Source: Gemmatimonadota bacterium
GTDB lineage: Bacteria > Gemmatimonadota > Gemmatimonadetes > Gemmatimonadales > GWC2-71-9
NCBI GenBank assembly: GCA_031394255.1
Contig: JANMXA010000046.1
Location: 6,753-70,752, forward strand
Reading direction: 5' to 3'
DNA: 64,000 nucleotides
Shown here one piece after another: positions 60,048 through 64,000 of this stretch (its first letter is position 1; every line of letters starts with the position of its first letter). The notes under the pieces were generated by a model. That model did no database searches, was not told where the DNA came from, and was given only the letters and a program-made list of their open reading frames with translations. A program made the position numbers and the translations under genes.

Positions 60048-61289
60048 ATGATCCGGAACATGCTGTACCTGGGAACACCGGCTGCAGCGCTCGTGGTGCT
60101 GGCGGCCTGCGGCGACTCCTCCGTGGCTGGGCTCGACCCGACCGGGGCACAGGCCAGTGTAGCGTACCTGGCCTGGAAGCCCGGGCCGAAGGACACCTGT
60201 CCGATCGCCGTTCACCAGAAGTACTCGACCGTCGGCCCTGACGGGAAACTCTATCCGACCTGGCATCCCCCGGTCGATCCCGAGACGGGCTGCACCTTCG
60301 GTCACGAGCACGGGCGCGATCCGCACGGCTCGAACCTGTATGCCAAGGTCGGGGATCTGCCGCTGGGCTACGCCAACGAGCAGCTGGATACCTGGGATCC
60401 CAGCGGTCGCCGGCACGAGGATCACTTCGGGCACAAGTATGAGTGGGAGAATGACGTGCCGATGCGGGTGGCATCCGCCGGCGGCGTTCTGTCGGTCAAA
60501 TGCGACATCATGTACAAGCTGCACCAGGGAACCCACTCCAAGGACGCGTTTACCAACAATCTCCACGAAGTGGTCTACCACGCCTCGTGCACCGATGGTA
60601 CCGAGGTGCACATGACGATCATGGCGGCGATCGGCACGCCGGGTGAGTTCACCCGGACCTGTGACGGAGCGCATGTCCAGGTCGGTACGGCCACGCCGGC
60701 GAACTCGCCCCGTGGCGGCGGCCAGCGGGTGATTCCGGATATGACCTGCGTCCAGCGCCACATGCTGGTTCCATCCGGCTCGGTCTCCGACGACCGGGCG
60801 GCGCTGCATGAGAGCTGGCAGCAATCGCTCGCGGTCCGCACGCCCGAGGGCAAGGTCCTGGCCAGCATGAATCCGTACTTCCAGGTGTTCCAGCCGAGCC
60901 GGTTCTTTGATCCTGCCAAGGCGGATATCACCGGCCGGCCGATCGAGATGTGCTACTTCGTCGAGGCGAATGGCGACCAGGCCCGGGGTGGTGCGTGCGG
61001 CGCGGCGACCCAGAACGGGAGTCTGACCGGGATCGTCTATGACGACCCCCGCTCGCCGTTCAACGGGGTTCGCCGGGTGTTCGACATGAACTCCCTCAAC
61101 GTCGAGAACGCGGACGGTCCCACGGTGTGGTACAGCGACCCGTTCGGCGGCCACGCCAAGACCAGTCCGTTTCCGGGTTCGATCCGGCAATTCATCGCCA
61201 AGATCGACAACACCGGCCTCGATCTCTCGGGGCCCGGGATCGGTTCGAACCGGAATTATGGCGGCACGGGGGTTCACGCCCCGAACTAG
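60048..61289 (+). CDS. His/Cys-rich hypothetical lipoprotein
   Basis: GGAG RBS; lipobox LAAC; WHPP, GHEHG, HEDHFGHK, LHQGTH, NNLHE; 8 further Cys. Confidence 0.78.
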   Translation: MIRNMLYLGTPAAALVVLAACGDSSVAGLDPTGAQASVAYLAWKPGPKDTCPIAVHQKYSTVGPDGKLYPTWHPPVDPETGCTFGHEHGRDPHGSNLYAKVGDLPLGYANEQLDTWDPSGRRHEDHFGHKYEWENDVPMRVASAGGVLSVKCDIMYKLHQGTHSKDAFTNNLHEVVYHASCTDGTEVHMTIMAAIGTPGEFTRTCDGAHVQVGTATPANSPRGGGQRVIPDMTCVQRHMLVPSGSVSDDRAALHESWQQSLAVRTPEGKVLASMNPYFQVFQPSRFFDPAKADITGRPIEMCYFVEANGDQARGGACGAATQNGSLTGIVYDDPRSPFNGVRRVFDMNSLNVENADGPTVWYSDPFGGHAKTSPFPGSIRQFIAKIDNTGLDLSGPGIGSNRNYGGTGVHAPN

Positions 61290-61326
61290 GGCGAACCATC
61301 GCGGTGACGGCCCCCGGGGGGGCCGC

Positions 61327-61365
61327 AGGAGGGGACGGGGGCCGCGCTCGCTCCCGTCCCCTTCT
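61327..61365 (+). terminator. 16-bp hairpin after the beta-barrel/lipoprotein pair
   Basis: AGGAGGGGACGGGGGC-CGCGCTC-GCTCCCGTCCCCTTCT (two G-U pairs); no long U-tract. Confidence 0.5.
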
Positions 61366-61419
61366 CACGTACCCGCCAGCCTTCGACTAGTTTACGGTAC
61401 CTGTAACCAACCCGAGACC

Positions 61420-62826
61420 ATGCGTTCCTTCATTCTTGCCTCGACTCTGGCCGTGTCGTTGGTCCCTTCGCTTGCCGGTCAGGTTCCCCGGACCGAGCGG
61501 CGGCGCTGGGTTGCCCCGACGACCAACGTGACCGACGACCCCCGGAGGATTCCAGTTCCGGCCGGGTATTTTGCCCCGACCGGCACGATCGTCCTCAAGG
61601 GCGGGCGGCTCTGGGACGGAACGGGCGCCGCGGCCCGGGCCGCCACCGTGGTCATCACCCGGAACAAGATTACCGCGATCCTGCCGATCTCGAGCACCGA
61701 CTGGCCCAAGGATGCCCGGGTCATCGATGTCGCGGGCAAGACCGTGATGCCGGGCCTCATCGACCTCCATACCCACATCGACTACCGGCAGGGCGGCAAC
61801 TCCGACGCCCGGGCCCGGAGCCGCGCCGACGGCGCGCTCCGCGGGGCCGAGCGGTTGCGGTATTACATCGAGAGCGGGATCACGTCGCTTCGGGATACCG
61901 GCTCGGATGGCGAGACGCCGTTCCTGCTCAAGGAATGGATTACGGAGGGCCGGCTGGTGGGCCCCCGGATCTTCGCCGCGGGGCCGGTGATCACCGGGAA
62001 AGGCGGCCACGGAGATGAGCCGGACATTGCAGGCGGCCAGTACCTGGCCGGGGTCCGCGAGGCGTCAGGGCCCGACGACTGGCGGAATGCGGTCCGGGAG
62101 AGCGTGGCCAAGGGCGCCGACTTCATCAAGGTGACGAGCCATTTCACCGACGCGGAGATTCAGGCCGCGGTGGCCGAGGCCCACGACCTGGGCCTCAAGA
62201 TTACCGCGGACGCCGAGACGTTCTACATCGAGCGGGCCGTGCGGGCCGGGATCGACATGATCGAGCATCCGCTCCCGCGGACCGACGAGACGATCCGGAT
62301 GATGGCCGAGAAGAAGACCGAGTCGGATCCGACGCTGATCCCGTATCAGATCATCTTCCGGTTGAGCGGCGGGTACTTCGGCTCGACCAGCCGACGGTTC
62401 ACCTTCTCCGACTCCGCCAACATGGCGCTGGTGAAGAAGATGAAGGATGCCGGCGTCAAACTCGGCATCGGGACCGACCTGGTGGTGGACTGGTTCCAGT
62501 ACCTGCCGTGGCCCTACCACGAGGAGATGCGGAATTTCGTCAAGCTGGGCTACACCGTGCCTGAGGTACTGGGGATTGCGACGCGGGTCAACGCCGAGCT
62601 GCTCGATATGGGGGACAAGCTCGGGACGCTCGAGGTGGGCAAGTTGGCGGATGTCCTGATCCTGAACGGTAACCCGGACGAGCGGCTTGATGACATCGCG
62701 AAGGTGGATGTCGTGATTCGGGATGGTCGGGTGCAGGTTCAGGGCGGGCAGTTGGTGTATCCGCATCATGTGACCCTGCCGCCGCCGGGAGCGACCACCC
62801 AACCCGGTGGCGATATCAAGAAGTAG
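61420..62826 (+). CDS. Secreted metal-dependent amidohydrolase
   Basis: Signal peptide; GKTVMPGLIDLHTH, GADFIKV, IEH, IGTD, LGTLEVGKLAD. Confidence 0.9.
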   Translation: MRSFILASTLAVSLVPSLAGQVPRTERRRWVAPTTNVTDDPRRIPVPAGYFAPTGTIVLKGGRLWDGTGAAARAATVVITRNKITAILPISSTDWPKDARVIDVAGKTVMPGLIDLHTHIDYRQGGNSDARARSRADGALRGAERLRYYIESGITSLRDTGSDGETPFLLKEWITEGRLVGPRIFAAGPVITGKGGHGDEPDIAGGQYLAGVREASGPDDWRNAVRESVAKGADFIKVTSHFTDAEIQAAVAEAHDLGLKITADAETFYIERAVRAGIDMIEHPLPRTDETIRMMAEKKTESDPTLIPYQIIFRLSGGYFGSTSRRFTFSDSANMALVKKMKDAGVKLGIGTDLVVDWFQYLPWPYHEEMRNFVKLGYTVPEVLGIATRVNAELLDMGDKLGTLEVGKLADVLILNGNPDERLDDIAKVDVVIRDGRVQVQGGQLVYPHHVTLPPPGATTQPGGDIKK

Positions 62827-62868
62827 GGAACGACAGGCCGACACCCCTCACGATTCATGGAGCAGGAC

Positions 62869-64000
62869 ATGACGTCACGTCGCGATTTTCTTGCCGCCTC
62901 CGCCGCCCTCGTCGGCGCGCCCGCCGTTCTCCGGGGCCGGTTCCCGGTTTTCCCGTGGAGCGCCGCCGAGTACTCGGCGCGGGCCATCGACCTGGTGAAG
63001 CGGTCGCTGGTGATCGACATGCTGAGCCCGATCACGCTGAACTTCCCGCTGATGGCCAAGTGGTCGGCCAGCCCCGAGACGTTTACCGCGGCCGATTTCG
63101 AGAAGTACCGGGCGAGCGGGATCAACATCTTTCACATCGCCGTGGGTACGGGCGGCCCGGACGCCTGGCAGAGTACCTACGACTTCGTGGCTGGGTGGGA
63201 CAGCTTCCTGGCCGGGACCGATCAGTATTTCATGCGGATTGATTCGCCAGGGGACTTCGACCGGGTCAAGAATTCCGGGAAGATCGGGATTATGATCGGG
63301 GTGCAGAATTCCGAGCACTTCCGGACCCTCAAGGATGTCGATCACTTCCATGCCCTGGGCCAGCGAGTTTCCCAGCTGACCTACAACTCCCGCAACATGA
63401 TCGGCAACGGCTCGACCGAGCGGCGGGACGAGGGGATCAGCGATTTCGGCGTGGCGGTCGTGGAGAAGATGAACGCGATCGGGATGGCGGTCGACGTGTC
63501 GCACTGCGGGGACAAGACGTCGCTCGACGCATTCGAGGTCTCGAAGAAGCCGGTGCTGGTCACTCACTCGAATGTCCGGGCGCTCAACCCGGGCCACCCG
63601 CGCTGCAAGCCGGACGAGGTGATCCGGGCAGTGGGGAAGGCGGGCAGCGTGATGGGGATCACCGGGGTCCGGATGTTCGTGAAGGGGAGCGAGCCCACCA
63701 CGATCGAGGATGCGCTCAATCATTTCGACTACGTGGCGAAAATGATCGGGATCGAGCATGTCGGGGTGGGGAGTGACATCGACCTCGATGGGTACGACGA
63801 CATGGCTCCCGAGGCCAACAAGGCGCTGCGGGCCGGGTATAAGGGGAGTTACGGGTTCCGGGAGAAGATCGATATCGAGGGGATCGACCATCCGAAGCGA
63901 ATGTACGACCTCACGGAGGGCCTGATCCGCCGGAAATATTCCGACGATCAGATCGTCGGAGTGCTGGGCGGGAACTTCAAGCGAGTGCTCTCGCAGATCT
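62869..64000 (+). CDS. Tat-exported M19 (membrane dipeptidase)-family protein; runs off the right edge
   Basis: Manual translation: MTSRRDFL Tat motif, QLTYN, G.SDFG, DVSH, THSN, HPRCK.DE, HVGVGSD, LGGNFKRV. Not in the ORF track. Confidence 0.88.
   Translation, partial: MTSRRDFLAASAALVGAPAVLRGRFPVFPWSAAEYSARAIDLVKRSLVIDMLSPITLNFPLMAKWSASPETFTAADFEKYRASGINIFHIAVGTGGPDAWQSTYDFVAGWDSFLAGTDQYFMRIDSPGDFDRVKNSGKIGIMIGVQNSEHFRTLKDVDHFHALGQRVSQLTYNSRNMIGNGSTERRDEGISDFGVAVVEKMNAIGMAVDVSHCGDKTSLDAFEVSKKPVLVTHSNVRALNPGHPRCKPDEVIRAVGKAGSVMGITGVRMFVKGSEPTTIEDALNHFDYVAKMIGIEHVGVGSDIDLDGYDDMAPEANKALRAGYKGSYGFREKIDIEGIDHPKRMYDLTEGLIRRKYSDDQIVGVLGGNFKRVLSQI

Overview
This is a GC-rich, densely coding bacterial chromosome segment. 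Gene content and order suggest Gemmatimonadota, but that is inference. About 1-45.8 kb is mostly core genes: uvrA, pckA, a tightly coupled minus-strand operon (lepA, GT9 heptosyltransferase, ROK kinase, PfkB kinase, GHKL kinase, STAS/wHTH protein, PLP lyase, ftsE, ftsX, envC), DUF58-BatA/vWA-mfd-PPIase-surA-pdxA, typA and a stand-alone tRNA-Ile(GAT). About 45.8-64 kb is mostly accessory-looking lipoproteins, peptidases/amidohydrolases, an ECF sigma pair, a MaoC-MaoC-SDR cassette and a MarR locus. I found no transposase, integrase, prophage gene, CRISPR array or rRNA. Best leads: (1) a STAS-GHKL Ser-kinase plus STAS-wHTH pair inside the lepA-ftsEX-envC operon; (2) divergent CorC-like and CDF metal-transport genes whose candidate promoters sit inside each other; (3) a coding-like membrane-anchor extension in frame after a lipoprotein's UGA; (4) a candidate sigma54-driven beta-barrel plus His/Cys-rich lipoprotein pair; (5) a sigma54-preceded small Pro-rich secreted protein and a very acidic microprotein; (6) repeated leaderless-type -10 boxes. 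All calls come from manual motif reading; no searches were run. Many start codons were moved downstream of the ORF-track starts.
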